62,012 bases of DNA from Candidatus Parvarchaeum acidophilus ARMAN-5. Lineage in GTDB: Archaea; Nanobdellota; Nanobdellia; Parvarchaeales; Parvarchaeaceae. Positions 50,163 through 59,898 of the stretch are shown here, piece after piece. The notes beneath the pieces were generated by a model. The model did no database searches. It was not told the origin of the DNA and worked only from the letters and a program-made list of their open reading frames with translations. Position 1 is the first letter of the stretch, and each line of letters starts with the position of its first letter. Where the stretch lies: the NCBI GenBank assembly GCA_002412085.1, contig GG745550.1, positions 1 to 62,012 of the forward strand, in the 5' to 3' direction. The position numbers and the translations under genes were made by a program.

Positions 50163-51137
50163 GAGATTATCTTTGAATTTTTTTGTGTAATCTTCTGGAG
50201 TTATTGTATTTACAAAAACGTTTTGTCCAAGTTCTATTCCTGCAAAATCTGCGAGTCTTGGGTATATCTCAAAGTGTAAGTGATAATCCGGCTCATTTTT
50301 ATTTTCATGTATTACAAAATTGTATGAAGGTTTACCAAAAATTTTAGAATTAGTTCTTATTATACTTTTTAGTGCCTCTAAAATATCCTCTTTTTCTTGT
50401 TCATCTAAGTCTAAGAGATAGTTTACGTGTCTCTTTGGCAGTAGCATAGATTCTCCTGCTATTCTCGACCCATATGGTGCTATGGCAGCGATTTTTTCAG
50501 TTTCGAACAGCATGCGTTCATTTTCCTTTTTTATAGAATCTTCATAAAGGCAAGAATAATTCTGATTTTTATACTCTATAGCTTTCTCTATTTCTATTTT
50601 AGGAGTTCCAAGTATTTCAGGCCATGCTATTATTTGCGTGTGCGAATGACCTATACTTGCCCCACCTTTAGCTCCAGAATTCTTAAATACCATCACGTGC
50701 TTTATGTAATTTCTTGAATACAGATCCTCTTCACGTTCTATTACTGCAGAAAGCCATTCTATAGATTTTTTTGTATCCATATCTTCAAATTTATCAAAAT
50801 GGTTCGGTGTTTCTATAATTACTTCGTTATAGCCATAACCTGATATGGAAGAAAAGAATCCTTTTTTATAATCTAAAGGTGTAGAACCGTTCAATTCGGG
50901 AAATTTATTCTTTATTACCATCGTTGTCCAAGGTTCATTTACATGCATTATCTCCAAATTTTTTCTATCGACAGTATCTCTTTCAAATGGGCAGTTTTTC
51001 AGGTTTTTAGATCCTTCATCCTCAATTTCAAGTTCTTCCGGCCTGTGTTCTCTGCCAGGCACTATAATAGAATAATAACCTGTCCTGTAATCCATTCTTA
51101 TATCACTTTCTTGTTCGTTCATTTTATTAGGATGCAA
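50151..51137 (-). CDS. galT: GalT-like uridylyltransferase
   Basis: CPF, NKFP, GASIGHSHTQ, HLHFEIYPR, AGIELG. Confidence 0.85.
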   Translation of the reverse strand: MHPNKMNEQESDIRMDYRTGYYSIIVPGREHRPEELEIEDEGSKNLKNCPFERDTVDRKNLEIMHVNEPWTTMVIKNKFPELNGSTPLDYKKGFFSSISGYGYNEVIIETPNHFDKFEDMDTKKSIEWLSAVIEREEDLYSRNYIKHVMVFKNSGAKGGASIGHSHTQIIAWPEILGTPKIEIEKAIEYKNQNYSCLYEDSIKKENERMLFETEKIAAIAPYGSRIAGESMLLPKRHVNYLLDLDEQEKEDILEALKSIIRTNSKIFGKPSYNFVIHENKNEPDYHLHFEIYPRLADFAGIELGQNVFVNTITPEDYTKKFKDNLLFT

Positions 51138-51335
51138 ATCAGATATTTAAAAATTTTTTTGTTTCCGGAACTTATAAAATTTCCAGTATATTCTCTTTAA
51201 AGCAATTTTTTGTTTACATTTAATAATTTGTGTAGTAAAGCCATGGAAAACTTTAAATATGACCTTATACCTATTACAAATATCAGTGCTAGATAGCGCA
51301 CTGTACATAATAAAAATTTTATAGGAGGTATTAAT

Positions 51336-52974
51336 ATGGCAGAAGGAATTCAACCAATTTTTATTTTACCAGAAGGGTACAATAAGACCAGTGGAAAAGA
51401 TGCTCAGAGAAATAATATAGCTGCGGCAAAAGCTGTTGCAAACGCTGTAAAGTCTACTTTAGGGCCGAGAGGCATGGACAAGATGCGTGTTGATAATATA
51501 GGGGATATTACGATAACTAATGATGGGGTAACAGTTTTAAAGAATATCGAAATAGAGAACCCCGTTGCTAAAATGGTAGTAGAGGTAGCCAAGACTCAAG
51601 AAGAAGAGGTAGGAGATGGTACTACAACTGCAGTAATAATAGCTGGAGAATTATTAAAGAACGCTGAGGCACTTCTAGACCAGAGTATTCATCCTACTCT
51701 TGTAGCAAGAGGTTATAAGCTGGCCGCAAATAAAGCGCAAGATATACTTGATAAAATAAAGACAAAATTAGATTTATCTAATAAAGAAGACCTAGGAAGG
51801 ATAGTAAAAACGGCTATAATAGGAAAGAGTACTGGTGCGGATTCACATATAATCTCTCTTATAGTAGATGCTGTTCAACATGTAAAATCCATGTCAAATA
51901 AAGAAAGCAGTATAGATTTAGAAGATATAAAGGTGGAAAAGAAAGTAGGAGGAGGTTTACTCGATTCAAGATTAGTAAAAGGTGTAATAATAGATAAAGA
52001 GAAGGTCCATCCTAATATGCCGGATGAGATAAAAGATGCAAAAGTAGCTCTTTTGAATCTTGCTCTTGAAATAGAGAAAACAAATATAGACGCACAGATA
52101 AGAATAGAAAAACCAGAACAACTGCAGGCATTCTTAAACGAAGAGGAAAGCATGCTAAAGGAAATGGTAGAAAAAATAAAGGCATCTGGTGCAAATGTTG
52201 TTATAGTCCAAAAAGGAATAGATGACGCAGCGCAGCACTTCCTTTCCAAAGCAGGCATACTCGCTTTTAGAAGAGTATCCGAAAGTGACATGAAAAAGAT
52301 AGGAAAAGCTACTGGTGCGAAAGTAGTTGCTACACTAGATGAACTAGATAAAGAAAGTCTTGGTGAGGCAGGACTGGTGCACGTTGAAAAACTCGCTGGC
52401 GAAACATTAGCACTTATAGAAGAATGTAAAATCCTAAGGCAGTTACTATACTTATAAGAGGCGGTACAGAACACGTTGTAGACGAAATACAGAGAGCTGT
52501 AGATGATAGCTTAGGAGATTTGAAGTCAGTAATAGAAGATGATGGTGCTATTGTAGCGGGAGGCGGAGCTACAGAACTGGAAGTTCAAAGGAACTTAAAG
52601 ATTTTGCTAAAGGATTAGAAGGAAGAGAGCAACTTGCAGTAAATGCATTTTCGGACGCTCTTGAGATAGTGCCTAAGACACTATCTGAAAATGCAGGTTT
52701 AGATCCTATAGACATATTAGTAGAACTAAGGGCAGAGCATCAAAAGGGTAAAACTTGGGCAGGTGTTAATCTGCTGGATGTGTATAAGCCTCAGGTTTCT
52801 GATATGTATAAGGAAGGGGTAATCGAGCCCCTAAGGATAAAAAAACAAGCTATTAAGAGTGCAAGCGAAGTGGCTGTTATGATCCTTAGAATAGACGATA
52901 TAATCGCCGCCGGAAAGTCTGCCAATCAGCAGCCACAAATGCCTCCTGGCGGTATGGGAGGTTACGGGGATTAG
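51336..52974 (+). CDS. ths: Thermosome (group II chaperonin) subunit, two frameshifts
   Basis: [25 protein letters not shown] and GGM tail. Single-base losses near 52427 and 52584 restore [15 protein letters not shown] and [16 protein letters not shown] Shine-Dalgarno. Confidence 0.93.
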
Positions 52975-52975
52975 T

Positions 52976-53212
52976 ATGTCAGAAAATGTTTTAAGTAGGC
53001 CGTTGGATTTATTGAACTCGGCTAGAGGAAAAATGGTTTAGGTTGAGCTTAAAAATAACCATTCAATAACAGGTAAGTTAATTGCCTTTGACGTTCATAT
53101 AAACGTCACATTAGAAAATGCAGAAGAGAAGAAAGATGTAGATACTCTTAGAAAACTAGGAAACGTTTTTATAAGAGGTGACACAATAATTCTCATTTCC
53201 CCGACAATATGA
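52976..53212 (+). CDS. Sm/Lsm (SmAP) protein with in-frame TAG at 53039-53041
   Basis: RPLDLL...V*VELKN...GKLIAFDVHINVTLENAEE...FIRGDTIILISP; typical position upstream of L37e. Confidence 0.88.
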
Positions 53213-53394
53213 CGACAGCATCAATGGGTTTGCATAATAGAAAACAGCCGCATGTAATGTGTAGAAGGTGTGGTAAAGAGTCATACTTAAAGAGGAAACA
53301 CTACTGTTCGCACTGCGGCTATGGGAAAACTGCCAAGATAAAGGCTTATTCCTGGAATAATAAGACTGTAAACGGAAAAAGAAAGGATAATTGA
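53209..53394 (+). CDS. rpl37e: 50S ribosomal protein L37e
   Basis: HVMCRRCGKESY...CSHCGYG...YSW. Confidence 0.93.
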   Translation: MTTASMGLHNRKQPHVMCRRCGKESYLKRKHYCSHCGYGKTAKIKAYSWNNKTVNGKRKDN

Positions 53395-54111
53395 ATGCCA
53401 GAAAAAATAAGAGCAAGTGCAATTATATTTGATTTTGATAATACACTGGTGAATACACACCACGCTATAAACTATGCATATTCTGAGATTTCCAAAAGAC
53501 TTGCAGACAAGTTAAATCTAGATCAGGAATCTTTAAAAGAGAAGATGTTTGCTGCTCAGAAAGAAGCAATAGATAAGCAACCTCTATCTAATAGAGTATA
53601 TGATAGAAAGGTGGTGATAGAACAAGTAAATAGTAATCTCGGTTTGGGTTTAAATGAAAACGAAATCAACGAATTGGCAGAGAGCTTTTATGATGCCATA
53701 CTTAATAAGGTAACATATCCCGAATATACTGAAAATATCTTAGAAGAACTGAAGAAGAGAGGAAAAAAACTGGGTTTATTAACAGATACAGATGTAAGGC
53801 CAGGACTTAAGAAACAGCGGTTAGAAAAACTAAGTTTTATAAGACTTTTCGACGCGTTGATAATAGCCGGAGAGACGATACCTCAAAGGAAGACTGGTCC
53901 AATACCTTTTATAGAACTTTCCAGACTTCTAGGTGTAAAACCTGAAGATACCGTAGCAGTAGGTGACAGAATGGACGCAGATATAGACAACGCTAAAGAA
54001 GCAGGTATGAAAGCTATACTTATAGATGCGTTTCTTCCACCTAATAATGGAATAAATGAACCAGATGCGGTTATACATGACATAAAGGATTTACTCAATA
54101 TAATATATTAA
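53395..54111 (+). CDS. HAD-superfamily hydrolase
   Basis: FDFDNTL; VGDRMDADI..AKEAGM; paralog of 2827-3546. Confidence 0.9.
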   Translation: MPEKIRASAIIFDFDNTLVNTHHAINYAYSEISKRLADKLNLDQESLKEKMFAAQKEAIDKQPLSNRVYDRKVVIEQVNSNLGLGLNENEINELAESFYDAILNKVTYPEYTENILEELKKRGKKLGLLTDTDVRPGLKKQRLEKLSFIRLFDALIIAGETIPQRKTGPIPFIELSRLLGVKPEDTVAVGDRMDADIDNAKEAGMKAILIDAFLPPNNGINEPDAVIHDIKDLLNIIY

Positions 54112-54161
54112 GCATGTAAAATATAATAAATCTTAATAAACAGCAGTAGCTTTAATCTTAT

Positions 54162-55316
54162 ATGGAAGAGCTTAAAGTTACTCCTTGGGAAGTGTCTGGA
54201 GAACTGAATGAAGCGTCTTACTCCAAACTTGTCAAAAAGTTCGGTGTAGAACTCATAACTAGCAAACTTTTAGAAAGGATAGAAAAAATAGCAAAAGGAA
54301 AACTACACCCTTTTCTTTCCAAAAAAATCTTTTTTGCACACAGAGATCTTAACCTAATATTAGACGATTATGAAAACGGTAAGAGTTTTTATCTGGATAC
54401 AGGAAGAGGTCCATCTGGAAAAATGCATATAGGACACTTGCTTCCGTTTACTTTTACTAAATGGCTTCAGGATACATTTGATGTGCATTTATTAATACAG
54501 ATAACAGATGATGAAAAATATCTTATAAAAAGTACTAGAACAAAGAAGGAGATAGAACATGTAGCCGAAGAAAATATCTTAGACATTTTATCATTGGGAT
54601 TCGATCCGAAGAAGACACATATAATCAAAGATTATGACAATGCCAAGGAGCTTTATTACTATGCAACCGATGTAGCTAAGCATACTACCATGTCTACTAT
54701 AAAGGCAGTGTTTGGGGTGACTGACAGTGACAATATAGGAAAGGTATTTTTTCCATCGATGCAGATAGTTCCTTCATTTCTATTGTCTGCGATCAGCGGA
54801 AAGAACCTTAGGTGTCTTATACCATATGCAATAGATCAGGATCCATACTTTAGGATATCAAGGGATGTACTGCCTAAACTCGGCTATTATAAGCCCTCTT
54901 CTATAATCTCCAAATTCCTTCCTGCTTTGCAGGGTAATTCTGGAAAGATGTCCTCCTCCGTGGAAGAGAGTGCCATATTCCTAGATGACAGCGAACAGAC
55001 TGTGAAGAAGAAGCTCATGAAATATGCTTTCTCTGGCGGGAGGGATACATTAGAAGAGCAGAGGAAATACGGTGCAAACCCAGATATAGACTTCTCATTT
55101 AACGTTTATAGTTTTATAGAGAATGACGAAAGAAAGGTACAGAGTGTATACGATGATTATAAATCCGGCAAGTTGCTGAGCGGTGAGATGAAGGCACTAG
55201 CCGCCGACTCTATAAACCTGTTTCTTAATCAGCTCAGACAGAATAGGGAGAAGGTGAAAAACCATCTATCGGAATACATGTTTAACCCAAATGACTTTGT
55301 AGGTCACAGAATGTAA
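54162..55316 (+). CDS. trpS: Tryptophanyl-tRNA synthetase
   Basis: VTPWEV, TGRGPS, HIGH, DQDPYFR, KMSSS. Confidence 0.95.
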   Translation: MEELKVTPWEVSGELNEASYSKLVKKFGVELITSKLLERIEKIAKGKLHPFLSKKIFFAHRDLNLILDDYENGKSFYLDTGRGPSGKMHIGHLLPFTFTKWLQDTFDVHLLIQITDDEKYLIKSTRTKKEIEHVAEENILDILSLGFDPKKTHIIKDYDNAKELYYYATDVAKHTTMSTIKAVFGVTDSDNIGKVFFPSMQIVPSFLLSAISGKNLRCLIPYAIDQDPYFRISRDVLPKLGYYKPSSIISKFLPALQGNSGKMSSSVEESAIFLDDSEQTVKKKLMKYAFSGGRDTLEEQRKYGANPDIDFSFNVYSFIENDERKVQSVYDDYKSGKLLSGEMKALAADSINLFLNQLRQNREKVKNHLSEYMFNPNDFVGHRM

Positions 55317-56363
55317 CTAGTCTACAGGATTATTAAGTATAAATTCATCTTTTTTCTGCCTATTATCAAATCTTAAGTATTTCATTATTTTGTTGAAGGC
55401 CATAGCATACGGCTTTCTTAGGTCATCCTCACCGTTTTTAGCGTTTGAAGCCAAATACGATGCAAGGTGTCTTATCCTGTCCTGTGCGGGGGCACTTTTC
55501 ATATATTGTGTGTAGGGTTTTAACTGGTAAGAGAGACTCATCTCCGGGTAAATATTTTTTATTTTCTTGTCCGTTATCGATAAACTACCGTCATCAGCTA
55601 GACTTACTTCCGAGGAATCGTCGTTAGGTCTGTAAAGCCAGGGTTCTATTTCATAGGTAATTTTGTCGTAAATTATTTTCTCTATGATTGGGGCAGCAAG
55701 AGCTTCTGCTTCTTCCTTTGACATACCAGATTTCTGTCTTTTAAATTCTTTGATATAGTTATGCGTTACCCAATCTCCTGCTTCAAGAGGCTTTCTGTAG
55801 GACTTGAGTGCGGTTCTAAAGTCAATTATCGGTATATATGAGTCAAAAAGTTCCAGATTCATGGCAGTTAGTGACTTACCGGGTGAGTTGTCATAGGCTA
55901 TCTCCCAAAAGGCATGGTCCACTATATCTGTAAGTTTTGTCTTGCTCACGGCCTTTTCCGAAATTTTCTGTTCGTCATATAACTCCAAAAGTATTATATA
56001 AGGGTGTTCATATCCTGGTGCGAAGTTATGTCTTTTCTTCCTTATAAGTTCAGATCTCTCTGCTTGTGATAGGACTGCCTCTTCATATGCAAGTTGTCTG
56101 TCAGGACCTAGCTGCTTCTTTATACCTTCCCAGTTGTCAAGTGCATGCCAGAATACTCCATATTCCAGCTCATACAGTGTTGATACAGGATTTAGTTTTT
56201 TATAGAATGCTTTTATCCAGTAAGCTCTTGATTTTAAGCTGAAATCTTTAGTTACCTTTTCTGCTTCATTCTGAATTGATGGCCATGCAGTATTCACTAT
56301 ACTTTTTAGATCTGACTTTATGAGGCCAGCATGTTTATACGTTTCATTTTCTGATGATTCCAT
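55317..56363 (-). CDS. Hypothetical protein
   Basis: 348-aa ORF with no recognised motif. Confidence 0.65.
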   Translation of the reverse strand: MESSENETYKHAGLIKSDLKSIVNTAWPSIQNEAEKVTKDFSLKSRAYWIKAFYKKLNPVSTLYELEYGVFWHALDNWEGIKKQLGPDRQLAYEEAVLSQAERSELIRKKRHNFAPGYEHPYIILLELYDEQKISEKAVSKTKLTDIVDHAFWEIAYDNSPGKSLTAMNLELFDSYIPIIDFRTALKSYRKPLEAGDWVTHNYIKEFKRQKSGMSKEEAEALAAPIIEKIIYDKITYEIEPWLYRPNDDSSEVSLADDGSLSITDKKIKNIYPEMSLSYQLKPYTQYMKSAPAQDRIRHLASYLASNAKNGEDDLRKPYAMAFNKIMKYLRFDNRQKKDEFILNNPVD

Positions 56364-56599
56364 TTTATCTATTTATCAACTTTTTATTGCGATTATGACT
56401 TTACTCTCTTCTTTAGATATGAATACTTATATAAACTTTCCTTTGGGAACTTAAAATGTTATATTGGACGGTTATGAAAACGGCAATAGTTTCTATCTTC
56501 ATTAAATACGTTCTCTCCAACTGGAGATACACTCTGGAAGATTAGAGAAAGTACTATGCAAACCCTAATTACGCTTATAAAGTCGAGTACTGTCTAAAT

Positions 56600-57115
56600 T
56601 TAAATGTTGCTTAAAGTTATTTTTGTTTCTTCTATATCTACTACAATTCTCTTTACTACTGGTAATGTAATTTTCTTATGATTTGGGAAATAACGTTCTG
56701 GTTTAGATATTAAGTATACCTCGATAGGTAAGTCTTCTGCTTTAGAAAAGAACTCTCCAAAATGTAGCCAAATTATATAATCTGCGTCTGTATCTTTATC
56801 ACTAAAATATTGAAAGGCCTTTGCACCGGTAGCTTTAACTTCTATTTTGATTGTTTCTTCACCAAATGTAGCTAATATATCTGCTACATTTCCACCAAAG
56901 TTAAATGAATAATTGTTTAACTTATTTTTTAATATCTTGCCATTTTTTAGAAGGCGAATCGCTAGTGACTCGCTAAGTATTGGAGGTATCTGTGGATATT
57001 TTAACCTTTTAGCTAGCGGATCTGAAATAGATAAATCACTTATAAATTTATATGTTTGTCTTAATAAATTTGATAAATGAATGATTTCATCAGATGTTAG
57101 CAATTCTTTTGGCAT
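56600..57115 (-). CDS. PD-(D/E)xK nuclease-like protein
   Basis: SE helix, then ADILA...IKIEVKATG. Confidence 0.65.
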   Translation of the reverse strand: MPKELLTSDEIIHLSNLLRQTYKFISDLSISDPLAKRLKYPQIPPILSESLAIRLLKNGKILKNKLNNYSFNFGGNVADILATFGEETIKIEVKATGAKAFQYFSDKDTDADYIIWLHFGEFFSKAEDLPIEVYLISKPERYFPNHKKITLPVVKRIVVDIEETKITLSNI

Positions 57116-57331
57116 AGCTTATATGGGTTTTTCTAGTATATGTATATTTCATGCTTTTAAGTTGCTTTATACAGATAACTAAAAATATTTAGATTGTCTT
57201 CTCTGTAGAGAGATTTATTTTTGTCTATTTTAAAGGCCTTTGATTTATCTATATAAGATTAAATCGGTACTTCTTTGAAAGTATGGGTCCTATTTAATAA
57301 GTCTGATTGTTTATACAAAGTCAAAGATAGC

Positions 57332-57412
57332 TTTGCTAATTAAGTAATGAAAAAATAAGACTTTATTAGCAGCTTCCCGACTTTGTTAGCAAATTAGAGT
57401 TTATTAGCAAAG
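57332..57412. repeat. Three direct GA(C/G)TTT(A/G)TTAGCA repeats plus one inverted copy
   Basis: Copies start at 57359, 57379 and 57397; TTTGCTAAT at 57332. Confidence 0.7.
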
Positions 57413-57441
57413 TTGCCAAATATAGAAAGTTATTTATATAC

Positions 57442-57459
57442 ATAATTATATATAATTAT
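57442..57459. promoter_or_regulatory. 18-bp palindrome between TATA box and RHH start (candidate operator)
   Basis: ATAATTATATATAATTAT is its own reverse complement and follows TTTATATA. Confidence 0.45.
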
Positions 57460-57467
57460 TAGTAATT

Positions 57468-57689
57468 ATGGAAGAACAAAAATTCACTACAGTTTCTATA
57501 CCTAAGCCTTTAGCTGATAAGGTAAAAAAGTTCACGGAAAAGACAGGGTTTACATCCCTTTCGAGTTTCGTTGAATATCTGTTGAGAGAGATAATCTCCG
57601 AAAGTGCTGAGGAAGGAAAGGGAAGAAAAGATAAAGATGAAAGAGTAACGGATCTTGAGGATAAACTCAGAAGATTAGGTTACATGTAG
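57468..57689 (+). CDS. CopG/RHH transcriptional regulator
   Basis: TTVSIPKPL...GFTSLSSFVEYLLRE; C-terminal KLRRLGYM. Confidence 0.85.
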   Translation: MEEQKFTTVSIPKPLADKVKKFTEKTGFTSLSSFVEYLLREIISESAEEGKGRKDKDERVTDLEDKLRRLGYM

Positions 57690-57698
57690 GAGGTACAA

Positions 57699-58529
57699 AT
57701 GGAAAGCGAGGAGTATTCAGTAAAAAAACAGAGAATAGAGAGCGGCCTGAGTCTAGAGGCAAAGGAGGATATAGCTCTCATTGTAATAAAAGACGCATTA
57801 AAAAGATACACACGCCCCACTGTAGTATGGAGTGCAGGAAAAGACAGTACAGTCGTCCTAGATCTTGTTAGAAGAGCGTGCAAGGACTTGGGTATGCAGA
57901 TGCCTCCGGCACTTTTCATAGACCACGGGCAACATTATGATGAGACAATGAAGATGCTTGAGGATGTCAGCAAAGAGTGGGGTTTCAAAGTAATATACGC
58001 AAAGAATGAAGATGTTTTGAATAACGTAGGCGAAAATAATATGATAAAAATAAACAGTTTAAACAAATTAAATCAAGATGAAGCCAGAAGAATAGGTTTT
58101 AATGGTGATGAGTTTGAATATAGCCTAGAAACGGAAATAGGTAATCACCTGTTAAAAACAGTAGCTATGAATATGTACATTGAAAAATACAGGTTTGATG
58201 CTCTTTTCACAGGTGTAAGATGGGACGAGAATGATGCAAGGTCTATGGAGGTATTCATAAGCCCTAGGAGCCATCCTGATCATGTAAGGGTACAACCTAT
58301 ACTGCCGTTTACAGAGAGGAACATATGGGAGTACATGTTCAAGCAAAAGCTCCCTGTGCACCCTCTTTATAAATTAGGTTATAGATCTATAGATGGAAAA
58401 CTGGATTCCAAGAAGACTAGTGATTTGCCAGCATGGGAACAAGATCTCGAGCATACAAGGGAAAGAGCCGGAAGGTCACAAGATAAGGAAGGAGTCATGG
58501 AAAAGTTGAGACTTTTCGGGTACATGTGA
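57699..58529 (+). CDS. PAPS/APS reductase family (PP-loop) protein
   Basis: WSAGKDS, GVRWDE..AR, PILPFTE..IW, PLY..GYRSID, ERAGR; GGAGGT Shine-Dalgarno. Confidence 0.85.
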   Translation: MESEEYSVKKQRIESGLSLEAKEDIALIVIKDALKRYTRPTVVWSAGKDSTVVLDLVRRACKDLGMQMPPALFIDHGQHYDETMKMLEDVSKEWGFKVIYAKNEDVLNNVGENNMIKINSLNKLNQDEARRIGFNGDEFEYSLETEIGNHLLKTVAMNMYIEKYRFDALFTGVRWDENDARSMEVFISPRSHPDHVRVQPILPFTERNIWEYMFKQKLPVHPLYKLGYRSIDGKLDSKKTSDLPAWEQDLEHTRERAGRSQDKEGVMEKLRLFGYM

Positions 58530-58569
58530 GAATGGAAAGCAAATCTCTCTATGATCTGCTGGTTGAAAC

Positions 58570-58926
58570 ATGCTGCCTGGTAGTGGGGAGATACTGGCCA
58601 TAAAGAAAGGATATATTGAAGTGTTAAGAGAAAATAAATTACAGTACGTCATGAATCCAGACATTTCTGGCTATAAAAAATTGTCAAGGTCAGTTTATTC
58701 GGTTGTAAAGGGCGCGTTCAAACTTTACAAAAAAGGGATAGTCGAATCCGTATATATAGTCGCAGGAATACAGGATAATGCGGAAAAGATAAAAGTAATC
58801 AAGAAAGAAATGGAAGATAGGTACCACTATATTGGTACGGATTCAGGGTTTTACGAAACTCCTTTTCTAGGAAAGATGCAGGATTTTTCAGTAAATTGTG
58901 TAAGCATTGTGACAAATCTTGTATAA
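58570..58926 (+). CDS. Hypothetical protein
   Basis: 118-aa ORF following the PAPS reductase family gene; true start uncertain. Confidence 0.5.
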   Translation: MLPGSGEILAIKKGYIEVLRENKLQYVMNPDISGYKKLSRSVYSVVKGAFKLYKKGIVESVYIVAGIQDNAEKIKVIKKEMEDRYHYIGTDSGFYETPFLGKMQDFSVNCVSIVTNLV

Positions 58927-58970
58927 TGCTAATGGTTCGTCACAGACTTACAGTTCTAATATAAAAATTT

Positions 58971-59066
58971 GGGTCTGAGGGGGATCGAACCCCCGGCCTC
59001 CGCTTTACTTAGTTTGTTAGAGCGTACCCATATAAGAGCGGCGCTCCACCATTAAGCTACAGACCC
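58971..59066 (-). tRNA. tRNA-Ile(UAU) with 25-nt intron at 37/38 (59006-59030)
   Basis: Acceptor GGGTCTG/CAGACCC; anticodon stem CCGCT/AGCGG; loop CT-TAT-A; CTTA pairs with intron TAAG as the BHB central helix. Confidence 0.88.
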
Positions 59067-59213
59067 AATAATTTCTAATTATCTTTTTAATATTTATAAC
59101 TACTTAAACATTTTTATATGTAAAAAATATCTATTTGTATTAATTAACTTTCAATAAAAAGATTTAAATATATTAAAGTTTCATATTAATACTTTAGACG
59201 AGGAGGTAAAAAA

Positions 59214-59588
59214 ATGGAAAAAAAATTACTCGAGGAAATAATGGATTTAGTTGAGGGGACAAGAAAAGATGAACTTTATGACCAACTTAATAAGGTTAAG
59301 CAAGCTTACGATTCTAAGAATATGGGAACAGCATTAAAACAAGCTTATTGCCTTCTTACTAATGTATCCGATTATATATTAACAAGTGAAAATATGAAAA
59401 CACCTCAAGGTATGGCTAAGATAGTAAGATATACTGAGATATATAGAGAGGTAAAAGCCAATGTAGATTTAGAAACTAAAGAACTGCCAGCAAATGAAAA
59501 AGGGGAATATCTAGGGGGCTGTTGGCTGAATAAAGAGTATAATAAAAATCGGATTTATCCTGTAAACAAAAAAAAGATAAGTTTATAA
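59214..59588 (+). CDS. Hypothetical protein
   Basis: 124-aa ORF with strong GAGGAGGT Shine-Dalgarno. Confidence 0.65.
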   Translation: MEKKLLEEIMDLVEGTRKDELYDQLNKVKQAYDSKNMGTALKQAYCLLTNVSDYILTSENMKTPQGMAKIVRYTEIYREVKANVDLETKELPANEKGEYLGGCWLNKEYNKNRIYPVNKKKISL

Positions 59589-59612
59589 AGCCAGCGTATC
59601 TTATATTCAAAT

Positions 59613-59699
59613 AGAGGAAATGAATGTTAGGAGTTCTATCAGGAGAGTTTTTTGATAATTTAAATTCGCTCTTGTGGAAACTCTTTAGTTCATTCCTTT
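59613..59699 (+). promoter_or_regulatory. Long hairpin in putative 5' UTR
   Basis: Nested pairings AGAGGAAATGAA/TTCATTCCTTT, AGGAGTT/AACTCTT, CAGGAG/CTCTTG. Confidence 0.55.
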
Positions 59700-59709
59700 G
59701 AGGAGGAAT

Positions 59710-59847
59710 ATGGCAAAATTCGAAAGAAGAATGTATAAAGCTGTATGCTCTGATTGTGGAAAGGAAACGGAAGTTCCATTTCAGCCACAAGAAGGCAGAC
59801 CAGTTTACTGTAGAGAATGCTATAGCAAGAGAAAAGGAAGTCAGTGA
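59710..59847 (+). CDS. 45-aa CxxC-x17-CxxC zinc-ribbon protein
   Basis: MAKFERRMYKAVCSDCGKETEVPFQPQEGRPVYCRECYSKRKGSQ*; GAGGAGG Shine-Dalgarno; absent from the ORF track. Confidence 0.9.
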   Translation: MAKFERRMYKAVCSDCGKETEVPFQPQEGRPVYCRECYSKRKGSQ

Positions 59848-59898
59848 GTTCCTAATTTTAGCTAAATAGCTCAAAAATATTTTTTATTTTTTTTATTT

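Noticed and set aside
52420..52590. Thermosome frameshifts as programmed frameshifting or pseudogenisation
   Set aside because: Essential gene; single-base losses in short runs restore conserved motifs, consistent with sequencing error.
53039..53041. In-frame TAG in the Sm gene as stop-codon recoding or pyrrolysine
   Set aside because: TAG ends many genes here, the position is normally hydrophobic (TTG is one change away), and the contig has many errors.
57359..57412. CRISPR array
   Set aside because: Repeats are only 13 bp with 5-7 nt spacers; no cas genes or true array seen in the window.
59006..59030. CGCTCT repeat in the Ile intron suggesting an alternative anticodon arm
   Set aside because: Only the 37/38 splice gives a proper BHB motif and 7-nt anticodon loop.
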